From assembly GCF_043950625.1 (NCBI RefSeq), contig NZ_CP171007.1: DNA of 32,000 bases; one strand, written 5' to 3'. Below the pieces are notes generated by a model, which searched no databases, was not told the origin of the DNA, and saw only the letters and a program-made list of their open reading frames with translations. The translations under genes were made by a program, and so were the position numbers. Shown piece by piece: positions 1-8,939 of the stretch (position 1 is the first letter of the stretch; each line of letters opens with the position of its first letter). Origin of the DNA: Alkanindiges sp. WGS2144. Its GTDB lineage: Bacteria > Pseudomonadota > Gammaproteobacteria > Pseudomonadales > Moraxellaceae.

Positions 1-1237
1 GGGAACCCAGCACTGCCTGTACAGTTGCCCGGTTAATCACCACGCTTTCGGTATACGGGGTGCGGGTCTCTACAGTTTTGCCAGTTTCAGGGTCAGTAAC
101 ATAGCCAATGCGTTGCTTGTTTTCAATAAACAATACCGCCATTTGCTTGCCCACTGCATTACGGGTGGCATCGGCCATTAATTTACCGCCAGCGGCATCC
201 AGTGTGATATTGACTTCAGGCTGGTTATTTTCATCATAGCCGCTCATGGCATTTTGCACCCGGTCACCGGTTACAATACGCTGACGCTTGAGCAAAATAG
301 ATGGGCCATCCAGCCGCTCATAAGGAAATGCCTGTGTACCCGGTGGTACAGGGCCGCCTGCATAGCTGTCGGCCTGATCAGCCACCATCCGGAACTCAAG
401 GTTGGCAGTACGACCCAGTACCCGCTTGGCTTCGGCAGTATCCTGCACACCTGGTAGATCTACCACAATCCGGTTGCTGCCCTGACTTTGTACCAGAGCT
501 TCAGCAACCCCTAACTCGTTAATCCGGTTACGCAGGGTGGTCAGGTTCTGGTTTACCGCATACTGGCTGATTTCCTGCAAGCGTGCTTCGGTATAACGCA
601 GTTGCAAAACAGGTCCTTCAGCTGAGGCAATCGGCTGTAGGCTAAAATCATTGCCCATACGGCGTAGCGTGCTAATTGCCTTATCGCGGTCACTATTGTT
701 GGCAAAGCTGACCACAATGGTATTTTTGTCTTGACGCACGTTATTAAAGGCAACTTTGTTATCACGCAGGTTACGGCGGATATCAGCAGTGGCAGTTTCC
801 AGACGCTGTTCCAGTGCCTTGCTCATATCAACTTCAAGCAAAAAGTGCACACCGCCGCGCAGATCCAGTCCCAGCTTCATGGGCTTGGCGCCAATCGCCT
901 GTAACCATACCGGAGTCGTCGGTGCCAGGTTCAGGGCAACCACATAGTTTTCGCCCAGCTCGCGGCGTAAGATTTCCTGCGCTTTTAGCTGTTCTTCGCT
1001 GGTTTGCACACGTAGCAGTGCTGCATTCTGACTAAAGGTGCCATCATGAGTAGTGATACTGGCATCTTTTAAAATTTGTTCTGCACGATCAAGCACAGAC
1101 TGATCAATTTGGCTTCCTGCCTTCGCCCCTGAAATTTGAACCGCTGGCTCGTCAGGATATAAACTAGGCAGGGCATATAATGTGCTGATTACCAGTACAA
1201 ACAGGATAAGCACATATTTCCACGCTGGATAACGCAT
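1..1237 (-). CDS. secD: Protein translocase subunit SecD, N-terminal ~412 codons (3' end runs off the window)
   Basis: Absent from the ORF track because there is no in-window stop. Minus-strand translation from ATG 1237-1235 reads MRYPAWKYVLILFVLVISTLYALPSLYPDEP... and further on ...KPMKLGLDLRGGVHFLLEVDMSKALEQRLE (SecD hallmark LDLRGGVHF). It lies directly downstream of yajC, as in yajC-secDF operons. Confidence 0.9.
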   Translation of the reverse strand, partial: MRYPAWKYVLILFVLVISTLYALPSLYPDEPAVQISGAKAGSQIDQSVLDRAEQILKDASITTHDGTFSQNAALLRVQTSEEQLKAQEILRRELGENYVVALNLAPTTPVWLQAIGAKPMKLGLDLRGGVHFLLEVDMSKALEQRLETATADIRRNLRDNKVAFNNVRQDKNTIVVSFANNSDRDKAISTLRRMGNDFSLQPIASAEGPVLQLRYTEARLQEISQYAVNQNLTTLRNRINELGVAEALVQSQGSNRIVVDLPGVQDTAEAKRVLGRTANLEFRMVADQADSYAGGPVPPGTQAFPYERLDGPSILLKRQRIVTGDRVQNAMSGYDENNQPEVNITLDAAGGKLMADATRNAVGKQMAVLFIENKQRIGYVTDPETGKTVETRTPYTESVVINRATVQAVLGS

Positions 1238-1291
1238 TTGAGTTCTACTTCATGAAAAAGGGGATTGGTGTTTAGGCAATCCCCTGAAAAA

Positions 1292-1621
1292 TTACAGGCT
1301 GTTCAGTGTACCTTCTGGCAATACAGAAATAACCGCTGCTCTTTGAATTTTAACGTCGTTGCCGCGGTTAAGCTCAACCACCGCGTACTCACCTTCCAGT
1401 TTGGTAATGCGGCCCATGAGGCCACCGGCAAATACAACTTCGCTGCCCACACTCAGGCTCTCAACCATAGTGCGGTGTTCCTTGGTACGCTTGGCTTGAG
1501 GCCGCCAGATCAGAAAATAAAAAATTAAAACAAAGCCAACCATCATCAAGATGGAAGGTAGCGGGCTCTGGGCTGGCGCTGCGGCTGGCGCTGCGTGTGC
1601 GGTCGCTATTAATAAACTCAT
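1292..1621 (-). CDS. yajC: Preprotein translocase accessory subunit YajC
   Basis: ORF 1292..1675, which I start at the internal ATG 1621: MSLLIATAHAAPAAAPAQSPLPSILMMVGFVLIFYFLIWRPQAKRTKEHRTMVESL... This aligns by eye with E. coli YajC (LIFYF..RPQ.KRTKEH, C-terminal AVLPKGT-like end). An SD-like gaaggga lies upstream. Confidence 0.9.
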   Translation of the reverse strand: MSLLIATAHAAPAAAPAQSPLPSILMMVGFVLIFYFLIWRPQAKRTKEHRTMVESLSVGSEVVFAGGLMGRITKLEGEYAVVELNRGNDVKIQRAAVISVLPEGTLNSL

Positions 1622-1740
1622 AAATAATCCCTTCAAGCAGTAGCAAAAAAAACAGATCTTGCCAGATTGATTCAAAATAATATTGGTGCTGCAATTTACC
1701 TTGTCTGGTGTTTTGACGCAAATAGTTCAGACTTAACGCA

Positions 1741-2361
1741 TCATTTATTCACAAAAAAATGCCTTGGTGAAGTATTTATGAAGTCAAACCGATAAAAGCG
1801 CGCTGGGGTAATCACTGCATCAAGCGGCTGATCCCAGGGCTGGCGTTCAAGCTGTGCCACTTGCTGAAATTCGTAAGCTAAACCTAAGCGATACGCTTTA
1901 TTTTTTTTCCACAGGGTACGGTCATAATAACCGCCTCCCATGCCCACCCGTGTACCAGCGCTGTCGAAGGCGAGCAGAGGCAGAATCACCATATCCAGCT
2001 GATCAATTGTGGTGCCACGGGCTCTGGGCTCAAGCATTCCCAGACGGTGCCTATAAAAGCGCTGGTTTTGCCATTGTTGACGGCTTATTTTAACCCACAC
2101 CAGTTTACGGTCAAATGAGCGAATTTGTGGCAGATAGAGTTGTTTTTTTTGTTGAAAGCAAAGCTGCATAAGGGGTGCAGTGGGTACTTCCCCGAAAGCA
2201 CTCAGATACAGACCTATTGTATGACTACTCTTAAAAGGGGCACTATGCCGCAAATGCTGTGCGACTTGACGGCCTGCCTGTTGCTGTATCCGGGCAGGTA
2301 ATTTACGCCGCTGCTGGCGTATGTGTTTGCGCAAGGATTGAGTAGGAAGCACTGTGGTCAT
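1741..2361 (-). CDS. ygfA: 5-formyltetrahydrofolate cyclo-ligase
   Basis: 206-aa ORF with a basic N-terminus (LRKHIRQQRRKL) and a GMGGGYYDR motif typical of the 5-FCL family. It sits immediately downstream of 6S RNA, the classic zapA-ssrS-ygfA arrangement. Confidence 0.85.
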   Translation of the reverse strand: MTTVLPTQSLRKHIRQQRRKLPARIQQQAGRQVAQHLRHSAPFKSSHTIGLYLSAFGEVPTAPLMQLCFQQKKQLYLPQIRSFDRKLVWVKISRQQWQNQRFYRHRLGMLEPRARGTTIDQLDMVILPLLAFDSAGTRVGMGGGYYDRTLWKKNKAYRLGLAYEFQQVAQLERQPWDQPLDAVITPARFYRFDFINTSPRHFFVNK

Positions 2362-2478
2362 GAAAAATTAATCGTTTATTATTTTTGCAAAAACTATTGA
2401 GCCATTTTATTGACCTGTACCACACCGCTATACTTCAACATGCTGCCAGTCTTAACAGGAAGGCAGTTTTAGAAAGTA

Positions 2479-2657
2479 GAACCTCCAAAGTGCCGCTGTG
2501 TATCGGTACCCTTGAACCCTAAAGTTCAAGGCGGAGGCGACGCCAGCTTACAGGCTTTCTACTCAGGGTAGACATGCGCACAAAGCCAGCAGACCGCATC
2601 CATTACAGATGATATCGGCTCAGGGGATTAAGACACACTGGCCAACACTTCAGAGAT
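2479..2657 (-). ncRNA. ssrS: 6S RNA (RNA polymerase sigma70-holoenzyme-sequestering RNA)
   Basis: The minus strand reads AUCUCUGAAGUGUUGGCC...AAUCCCCUGAGCCGAUAUCAU...CCUUGAACUUUAGGGUUCAAGGGUACC...GGCACUUUGGAGGUUC. The CCCCUGAGCCGAUAU and CCUUGAAC..GGGUUCAAGGGU blocks match E. coli 6S as I recall it. The 5' AUCUCUGAAGUG pairs with the 3' CACUUUGGAGGU to form the closing stem. Location is between zapA and ygfA. Ends are good to +/- a few nt. Confidence 0.9.
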
Positions 2658-2664
2658 GGCTCTT

Positions 2665-2693
2665 AGTATAACCTGTTCCCTGCCTGCTGTAAG
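2665..2693 (-). promoter_or_regulatory. Sigma70-type promoter for ssrS
   Basis: The minus strand reads CTTACA (2693-2688), a 17-nt spacer, then TATACT (2670-2665). The proposed 6S 5' end (A at 2657) is 7 nt downstream of the -10. Confidence 0.6.
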
Positions 2694-2783
2694 CCCTGAT
2701 GTGGTGCCTTTGCTTTATTTTTGGCACCAGTTTTGTGAGCTTTGTATAAGAAGCGCATTAAAGGCTTTCCAAAAGGCAAATGA

Positions 2784-3065
2784 TCAGGTTGAGGCTATTG
2801 CCCGCTCAGCATCGTTAATCATTTGCTTGATCAGGCGCTGACACTGGGTTTGTTCCTGTAGGCCCTTGTTTAAATTCAGGACTTCTTGCGCAAGGCTTAG
2901 GGCAACCAATACAGCCAGACGCTCAGACTCCAGCCGCGGCATGGCACGCCGGGTTTCCTGTAGTTTTTGTTCCAGTAAACTCACTGCCTTTTGTAGCTGC
3001 TCGCGCTCGCTGGGTTCACAGGCCAGCTTATAATTGCGTTCAAGAATTCTTACTTCAATGGTCAT
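2784..3065 (-). CDS. zapA: Cell division protein ZapA
   Basis: 93-aa ORF MTIEVRILERNYKLACEPSEREQLQKAVSLLEQKLQE... This has ZapA size and N-terminal pattern. It is upstream of ssrS-ygfA. Confidence 0.85.
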   Translation of the reverse strand: MTIEVRILERNYKLACEPSEREQLQKAVSLLEQKLQETRRAMPRLESERLAVLVALSLAQEVLNLNKGLQEQTQCQRLIKQMINDAERAIAST

Positions 3066-3631
3066 GCCGGATTACTCCCATCATTCGCTTCATCTTCTTG
3101 GGCTGGATGATCCAGTGCCGCAATGTCCTGATTAGCCTGCGCGGGATTTAACCCCTGCCCCAGTGAGGCCAGACGCTCAATGATTGCTTCCACTTTTTGC
3201 TTGGCATGTTCATTTTTGGTAATGAGGGCATCACGTTCTTTGATCAAAACTTGAGAGCTTTGCATGAGTTGCTGGTTTTCTTCGGCCAGTTTGTCTCGTT
3301 CGGCTTTTAGCTGGTCGCGCATACCCAAAAGCGCCTCAAAGCGGTTTTTTAGCTCACCGGCATTTTGTTCCAGGCGGCCATAGCGCTCAGCCAGTGCCGT
3401 GGCATCAGTTTGCAGATTCATATAGCGCTGCTGGAATTCGGTCAATTCCTGTTCCAGCTCCTGATTACGTACACTGGTCAGCTCCAGCGCTTCGCGCACG
3501 GCTGGGTCTTCCACGGTCTTTGGTTTGGCGTCCAGTTCAGTATGCAGTTGTCGATTCTGGTCTTGCAGTAATTGCAACTGACTGGTTAATTTTTGAATGA
3601 GCGTTTGTAAACGCTGAATTTCTTCCAACAT
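3062..3631 (-). CDS. Coiled-coil protein, ZapA-linked (C-terminal part resembles the small TIGR02449/ZapB-like coiled-coil family found upstream of zapA in pseudomonads)
   Basis: 189-aa ORF with heptad-rich, Q/E/L-rich sequence throughout and an acidic tail. Its stop overlaps the zapA start in an ATGA overlap (3062-3065), implying translational coupling. The C-terminal segment ...LIKERDALITKNEHAKQKVEAIIERLASL resembles that family from memory. Confidence 0.6.
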   Translation of the reverse strand: MLEEIQRLQTLIQKLTSQLQLLQDQNRQLHTELDAKPKTVEDPAVREALELTSVRNQELEQELTEFQQRYMNLQTDATALAERYGRLEQNAGELKNRFEALLGMRDQLKAERDKLAEENQQLMQSSQVLIKERDALITKNEHAKQKVEAIIERLASLGQGLNPAQANQDIAALDHPAQEDEANDGSNPA

Positions 3632-3696
3632 GATTGGGTCGCGTCCCTTAGCAATGCAGAGTAATATAGAGGTCAGGATAGAGGTTGGTCAATGTA

Positions 3697-4323
3697 ATGC
3701 AAGACGATATTTCAGGTTGGAACGAGTGGGAAGCCGCTTTTAAGGATATTCCCGAATTGGCAAGCCCCAGTGAACTGCATGGGCTGGTCATGGGTATTGT
3801 GTCAGTGGCACAGGCACCTACTATTGAGGAATGGCAGTATATTTTGCAGCAGCTGGATGTTGAGCCATTGGCAGCTCAGGCATTGCAGTTACTGGCTGAT
3901 GAAGCCGAAGATGTTGCGGCTGCACTGGCAGACGATAGCCTGGACTATATGCCCATGCTACCTGATGACCAGCACTTACTGGCGGAGCGGGTGCAGGCAC
4001 TGGCCGACTGGTGCAATGGGGTTGTTCTGGGTTTTGGCCTGGCTTCAGGGCACCTGCGCACGGATGAAGCAGAATTGTTACAAGATTTACAGGAAGTGGC
4101 TGCAGTTGAGTTTGAAGCTGAAGATGACGATGAAGAAGGCGAAGCCAGCTATGCTGATCTGGTGGAGTTTGTGCGTTTAATTCCGGTAAGCCTTGCCACG
4201 GGACGAAAAAAACATGCGCTGGTCGATACAGCCTTGTTTCAGGCACGCACTTCAAAGGATGGTAAACAGCAGGCCGACAATATTTCCATTATAGAAATGT
4301 TTACGCCTGAACGTCCGTCCTGA
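3697..4323 (+). CDS. ygfB: UPF0149 family protein (YgfB-like)
   Basis: ORF 3685..4323. ATG at 3697 gives MQDDISGWNEWEAAF...PSELHGLVMGIVS..., which parallels E. coli YgfB (..AEMHGLISGM..). The middle is acidic. Position is upstream of pepP-ubiH, as in E. coli and Pseudomonas. The TTG at 3685, with AGGA 6 nt upstream, is an alternative start. Confidence 0.8.
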   Translation: MQDDISGWNEWEAAFKDIPELASPSELHGLVMGIVSVAQAPTIEEWQYILQQLDVEPLAAQALQLLADEAEDVAAALADDSLDYMPMLPDDQHLLAERVQALADWCNGVVLGFGLASGHLRTDEAELLQDLQEVAAVEFEAEDDDEEGEASYADLVEFVRLIPVSLATGRKKHALVDTALFQARTSKDGKQQADNISIIEMFTPERPS

Positions 4324-4395
4324 TTTATCTTAAATATCAGGAAAAAAACGTATAACACCTTTAATGCCATTTAATCAGTAGTGAATAAAAAAGCC

Positions 4396-5709
4396 ATGAC
4401 CATATCACAGACACCCTTTGCCGCTCGTCGCGCCCGCCTGCTGGAACACATGGGTGATGATGCTATTGCCATTATTGCTACCCGAAAAGAGATGTACCGT
4501 AACCGCGATGCTGATTATAAATATCGTGCTGATAGCAGTTTTTATTACCTGACTGGCTTTGCTGAACCCGAAACTGTAGCTGTATTACAAACAGGCAGTA
4601 GTGAGCCGTATACGTTGTTTTGCCGTGAGCGCAATCGGGAAATGGAAACCTGGAACGGAATACGGGCAGGTACGGAAGGTGCGGTAAGCCAGTATGGAGC
4701 TGATCAAGCGTTTACTATTGAACAACTGGATGAGCAAATTACTGGTCTGCTGAGTGGTAAAAAACGTTTATATGTACGTTTGGGTCAGGATGCTGAGTTT
4801 GATTTACGAGTGACCGGCTGGCTAAAAAAAATTGCTGCTAACCAGCGCCAAGGTGGGCAAGGTCCGGTAGAAATTATCCAGCTGGATAGTATTGTGGATG
4901 AAATGCGGCTATTTAAGGACAACTACGAGATTGATCTGATGCGCAAGGCCGCACAGGTCAGCGCACAGGCACACATTCGTGCCATGCAAACTGTAAAACC
5001 CGGTATGCTGGAATATCAGCTTGAGGCTGAACTGCTGTATATCTTTGCCAGAAATGGCTGCCAGACAGCCTATAACAGCATTGTGGGCGGTGGCGCTAAC
5101 GGTTGTATTTTGCATTATGTGGAAAATAACCAGCCCTTAAAGGATGGCAATTTGGTACTGATTGATGCAGGTGCAGAGCTGGATCATTATGCGGCGGATA
5201 TTACCCGTACTTTTCCGGTGAATGGCAAGTTTTCACCTGAGCAACAAGCCTTGTATGAGCTGGTGTTAAAAGCCCAGCTTGCCGCTGTTGAAGCCATTAA
5301 ACCTGGTAATCACTACCGGGTGCCGCATGAAACCGCAGTCAGGATTTTAACTACTGGTTTGGTTGAGTTGGGGTTATTGCAGGGTGAGGTGGAAGAGTTG
5401 ATCGCCTCAGAGGCTTATCGCCAGTTTTATATGCACGGCACAGGTCACTGGCTGGGTATGGATGTGCATGATGTTGGCAATTATAAAGTGGATGGCAAGT
5501 GGCGAGCCTACGAGCCCGGCATGGTAGTGACTGTAGAGCCCGGCTTATATATTGCACCCGATGATGACACGGTAGAGGCGCGTTGGCGTGGCATTGGTAT
5601 CCGTATTGAGGATGATGTGCTGGTGACCACAACTGGCAATGAGGTATTAACCCGCGATGTGCCAAAAACAGTGGAAGAAATTGAAGCGTTGATACAGCAG
5701 ACGCAATAG
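4396..5709 (+). CDS. pepP: Xaa-Pro aminopeptidase (aminopeptidase P)
   Basis: ORF 4381..5709. ATG at 4396 gives MTISQTPFAARRARLLEHM..., which parallels the E. coli PepP N-terminus. Metallopeptidase M24 motifs are present: LIDAGAELDHYAADITRTFPVNGKF, HGTGHWLGMDVHD, GIGIRIEDD. Confidence 0.92.
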   Translation: MTISQTPFAARRARLLEHMGDDAIAIIATRKEMYRNRDADYKYRADSSFYYLTGFAEPETVAVLQTGSSEPYTLFCRERNREMETWNGIRAGTEGAVSQYGADQAFTIEQLDEQITGLLSGKKRLYVRLGQDAEFDLRVTGWLKKIAANQRQGGQGPVEIIQLDSIVDEMRLFKDNYEIDLMRKAAQVSAQAHIRAMQTVKPGMLEYQLEAELLYIFARNGCQTAYNSIVGGGANGCILHYVENNQPLKDGNLVLIDAGAELDHYAADITRTFPVNGKFSPEQQALYELVLKAQLAAVEAIKPGNHYRVPHETAVRILTTGLVELGLLQGEVEELIASEAYRQFYMHGTGHWLGMDVHDVGNYKVDGKWRAYEPGMVVTVEPGLYIAPDDDTVEARWRGIGIRIEDDVLVTTTGNEVLTRDVPKTVEEIEALIQQTQ

Positions 5710-5745
5710 TTTTACTAGATAGTTTATAAAAGCAGGGAAAGAAGG

Positions 5746-6975
5746 ATGACACAGCAACCCGTAATAATTGTTGGCGGTGGTATGGTAGGTCTAAGTCTGG
5801 CCCTCATGCTGGCTGAGCAGGGTATAGCCATTCGTTTGCTGGAAGCTGTGCGCTATCCGCAAACCATGACTGCCGAGCCGGACAGTTATCATTCCAGTTT
5901 TGATGCCCGTAACACTGCATTGTCACGGCGTACTGTACAGATTTTTACTGAGCTTGGCCTATGGGACAAGTTATCCAAGCATGCTACGCCTATTTTTCAG
6001 GTCAACATTAGCGAGCAGGGCAGTTTTGGTAAAGCACGCTTGCTGGCTAGCCAAGAAAATGTCGAAAGCTTTGGTCAGGTGATTGAAAATGCCTGGTTGG
6101 GTCGGGTGTTGCTTAGTGAAGCGCGTACCAACAGTAATATTGAGTTGATAGACGGCGTGCAGGTGACTTCATTGCAGCAGGATAAACATCAGGTCAGTAT
6201 CACCGCGCAGCAAGGTGATACTCAGCTTGAGCTTGAATCCAGCCTGCTGATTGCTGCGGATGGGCGCGATTCTTTTTGCCGTAAGGCTCTGGGCATTGGT
6301 GTAGATGAGCATGACTACCAGCAGGTAGCGATTGTGACGGCAGTGCAAACCACGAAGCCACATCAACACATCGCCTTTGAGCGGTTTAGCAAGGATGGGC
6401 CACTGGCATTGCTCCCTTTACCTTCTACGGATGGACAACCCCAAAGCTATCGCCGCTCAGTGGTGTGGACGGTGGAAAAAGGCACCGAAAACCGCTGGCT
6501 GGGGGAGCATAATGACCAGCACTTTCTGGATGCCTTACAGCAGACCTATGGAAATCGTGCAGGTGAGTTTGTCAAAACGGGTAAACGCTTTGCCTATCCA
6601 TTGACACAGGTATTGGCGCATAGTCAGGTGTCTGGCCGGGTAGTGCTGATGGGTAATGCTGCACATACTTTGCATCCGGTAGCTGGACAGGGTTTTAACC
6701 TGTGTATGCGGGATGCCCATGTATTAACCCGCTATCTGACCGAACAGCAGAAGACCGGTGCAGACCTGGGTGATAATGCCCGCCTAAAGCATTATGAGCA
6801 GGCACGGCTTAGTGACCAAAAGCGGGTGATCCGTTTTTGTGATAGCGTTGTACGTGGTTTTTCCAACCAGAATCCGGTATTAAAGCTGGCACGTAATACG
6901 GGCTTGTTGGCCTTTGATGTGATTCCAGGGATAAAACAACTGGTGGCAAATTATGCCATGGGCTTAAAGTCTTAA
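5746..6975 (+). CDS. ubiH: 2-octaprenyl-6-methoxyphenol hydroxylase (FAD-dependent ubiquinone biosynthesis monooxygenase)
   Basis: 409-aa ORF with the N-terminal dinucleotide fold VIIVGGGMVGLSLALML, a DG..S motif (LLIAADGRDSFCR) and GNAAHTLHPVAGQGFNL. It follows pepP, as in the conserved pepP-ubiH-ubiI order. Confidence 0.85.
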   Translation: MTQQPVIIVGGGMVGLSLALMLAEQGIAIRLLEAVRYPQTMTAEPDSYHSSFDARNTALSRRTVQIFTELGLWDKLSKHATPIFQVNISEQGSFGKARLLASQENVESFGQVIENAWLGRVLLSEARTNSNIELIDGVQVTSLQQDKHQVSITAQQGDTQLELESSLLIAADGRDSFCRKALGIGVDEHDYQQVAIVTAVQTTKPHQHIAFERFSKDGPLALLPLPSTDGQPQSYRRSVVWTVEKGTENRWLGEHNDQHFLDALQQTYGNRAGEFVKTGKRFAYPLTQVLAHSQVSGRVVLMGNAAHTLHPVAGQGFNLCMRDAHVLTRYLTEQQKTGADLGDNARLKHYEQARLSDQKRVIRFCDSVVRGFSNQNPVLKLARNTGLLAFDVIPGIKQLVANYAMGLKS

Positions 6976-7077
6976 TCGGGAGGCGCTAATCACAAGGGCT
7001 GGTGCAACCTTTATGGCTATGGCGTAGCAAATATTGGAAATCCACAGCACAAAGCATGGCAAAAATGAGTTGATAAT

Positions 7078-8337
7078 ATGTCCGATCATGAGCAAATTGC
7101 ACAGGTAGTAATTGTTGGCGGTGGCCTGGTGGGTGGTTTATGTGCCCTGTTACTGGCCAAAGCAGGTGTTCAGCCTATTGTACTGGACGCCGCCCCTGAG
7201 CTGGATACAGAAATTTTGCAGCGACGTGATCCACGTGTACTGGCTTTAAGTCCGGCTACAATCAGCCTGCTGCGATACACCGATGTGTGGTCGCATATTG
7301 AACGTAAAGCTGACTATTATGGAATGCAGGTATGGTCGCGTGATGGCTACGGTACTCTGGATTTTGGCCAGACCGACTCTATGGCACCGCATACTACTCA
7401 GGATTTGCTGGGCAGCATGGTCGAGCCTGGTGTGCTGGGACTGGCTATTCAGCAGGAATTAAAAAAGCAGATACAGCAGTACCATACGCAGGTACGGGTA
7501 CAGTGTATTGAGCCATTTACCGATTACTGGCAGGTCACACTCACGAAAGGCCAGCAATTTAATACGGCATTGCTTATTGGTGCGGATGGCGGTAATTCGC
7601 TGGTGCGGCAGGCGGCAGGCATAGGTATTGACACGCTGGATTACCAACAGACTGCGATTAGCTGCGCCATTAAAACTGTATTGCCCCATCAGCATATTGC
7701 GCGGCAGGTTTTTTTACCTACCGGACCCCTGGCTTTTTTACCCATGACTGATCTGGACAAGGACATGCAGCCTGATGATCAGTCCGGGCTCTGGCAGTCG
7801 GTGGTCTGGACCCTACCAGAACAAGATGCCCAGGAACTTAACCAGCTCAGCGATGCTGACTTTTTGTCGGCTATTACACAGGCAAGCGGATATATGCTGG
7901 GGCAGGTGGTCGCTGTGGAGTCACGTGCCTCTTTTCCCTTAAAGGCACGCCAGGCTGAGCGCTACATATTGCCGCATCTGGCACTGATTGGCGATGCTGC
8001 ACATACGGTACATCCATTGGCAGGCCAAGGCGTTAATCTGGGCTGTCTGGATGCGGCAGTGCTGGTAGATACCCTTATGCGTGACCATGAACGCGGTTTA
8101 TGGGCGCATTGGCAGACTCTCAACCGTTACGAAAATGCACGTCGCCTGAACAATAGCCTGATGATGCACAGTTTCTCAGCACTAAACTGGCTACATGGCA
8201 GTCAGCTTAAAGCATTGCAATGGCTGCGTAGCGAAGGTACACATGCGGTAGCAAACTATCCGTTCTTAATAGAACTGTTTACCGGGCAAGCCAGTGGACA
8301 ATCTGCAATAAAAGATACGAGATATTATCAATTCTAG
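7078..8337 (+). CDS. ubiI: FAD-dependent ubiquinone biosynthesis hydroxylase, UbiH/UbiF/UbiI(VisC) family
   Basis: 419-aa paralogue of the preceding gene (VVIVGGGLVGGLCALLL, LLIGADGGNSLVR, GDAAHTVHPLAGQGVNLG). The symbol is assigned only from its position after ubiH; the exact hydroxylation step is not determinable by eye. Confidence 0.7.
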   Translation: MSDHEQIAQVVIVGGGLVGGLCALLLAKAGVQPIVLDAAPELDTEILQRRDPRVLALSPATISLLRYTDVWSHIERKADYYGMQVWSRDGYGTLDFGQTDSMAPHTTQDLLGSMVEPGVLGLAIQQELKKQIQQYHTQVRVQCIEPFTDYWQVTLTKGQQFNTALLIGADGGNSLVRQAAGIGIDTLDYQQTAISCAIKTVLPHQHIARQVFLPTGPLAFLPMTDLDKDMQPDDQSGLWQSVVWTLPEQDAQELNQLSDADFLSAITQASGYMLGQVVAVESRASFPLKARQAERYILPHLALIGDAAHTVHPLAGQGVNLGCLDAAVLVDTLMRDHERGLWAHWQTLNRYENARRLNNSLMMHSFSALNWLHGSQLKALQWLRSEGTHAVANYPFLIELFTGQASGQSAIKDTRYYQF

Positions 8338-8510
8338 TCTCCAGGTTATCTTTTACTCATGTTTTGTTGAACCGCTTAAAAAAATAGCAAGTTATTGTGA
8401 CGCCCTCTAGCAAGGATATTTCGAGATTGTTAGAGTTAGCAAAAGTCCCAGGCAATGATAAACCCGGGTAATTTGAGTCACCATGACACGATAATTAAGG
8501 GTGGAAAACC

Positions 8511-8783
8511 ATGAGTATTAACCACGATGATGACTATGACACTACAGACAACGATGTGGAGTCAGTAGATGTTGATGAGGCGGACACTGCCTCTGTAGAA
8601 GGGGGAACAGAAGCCTCTGAAGAAGTGGGTAATTTAACCGATGCTGATCTGGCTGAAGCAGAGAGTCTGACTGTTACCGCTAAGCAATCCATTCGTCAGC
8701 AGTTGGAAGATGAGGTGGCCCGGTTTTTAGCACAAGGTGGACGAATTACTGAGGTGCCACCGGATGAGTCGGTGCGCGAATAG
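8511..8783 (+). CDS. Small acidic protein, possibly a SutA-like RNA-polymerase-associated regulator
   Basis: 90-aa ORF. The N-terminal ~50 residues are dominated by D/E/T (DDDYDTTDNDVESVDVDEADTASVEGGTEASEE). This is followed by a predicted helix and ...ARFLAQGGRITEVPPDESV, which resembles my recollection of the SutA family C-terminal core. GGTGGA SD, 6-nt spacer, then ATG. Confidence 0.45.
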   Translation: MSINHDDDYDTTDNDVESVDVDEADTASVEGGTEASEEVGNLTDADLAEAESLTVTAKQSIRQQLEDEVARFLAQGGRITEVPPDESVRE

Positions 8784-8870
8784 AATAAGCCAGGACGGTA
8801 TAGCCGCCCTGACAGGATTCAGGGACGGTCACTAAAAATTCTATGTAAAAACAGTAAAAGTCCCTTATAC

Positions 8871-8898
8871 AAAAAAGCCTATGCGACAGGACATAGGC
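8871..8898 (-). terminator. Rho-independent terminator downstream of panD (also faces the convergent acidic-protein gene)
   Basis: Minus strand: GCCTATG-tcctgtcg-CATAGGC followed by TTTTTT (8876-8871). It sits between the convergent stops at 8783 and 8940. Confidence 0.65.
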
Positions 8899-8939
8899 AA
8901 TTAAGATTGAGTAAAAAAAGCTAATTTACTAACAAATGG

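Noticed and set aside
3770-4255. Overlapping 136-aa (+) and 144-aa (-) ORFs inside the ygfB-like gene
   Set aside because: They are alternative-frame or antisense shadows of a gene whose product matches the UPF0149 family. Their W/C/H-rich or P/H-rich compositions look non-protein-like.
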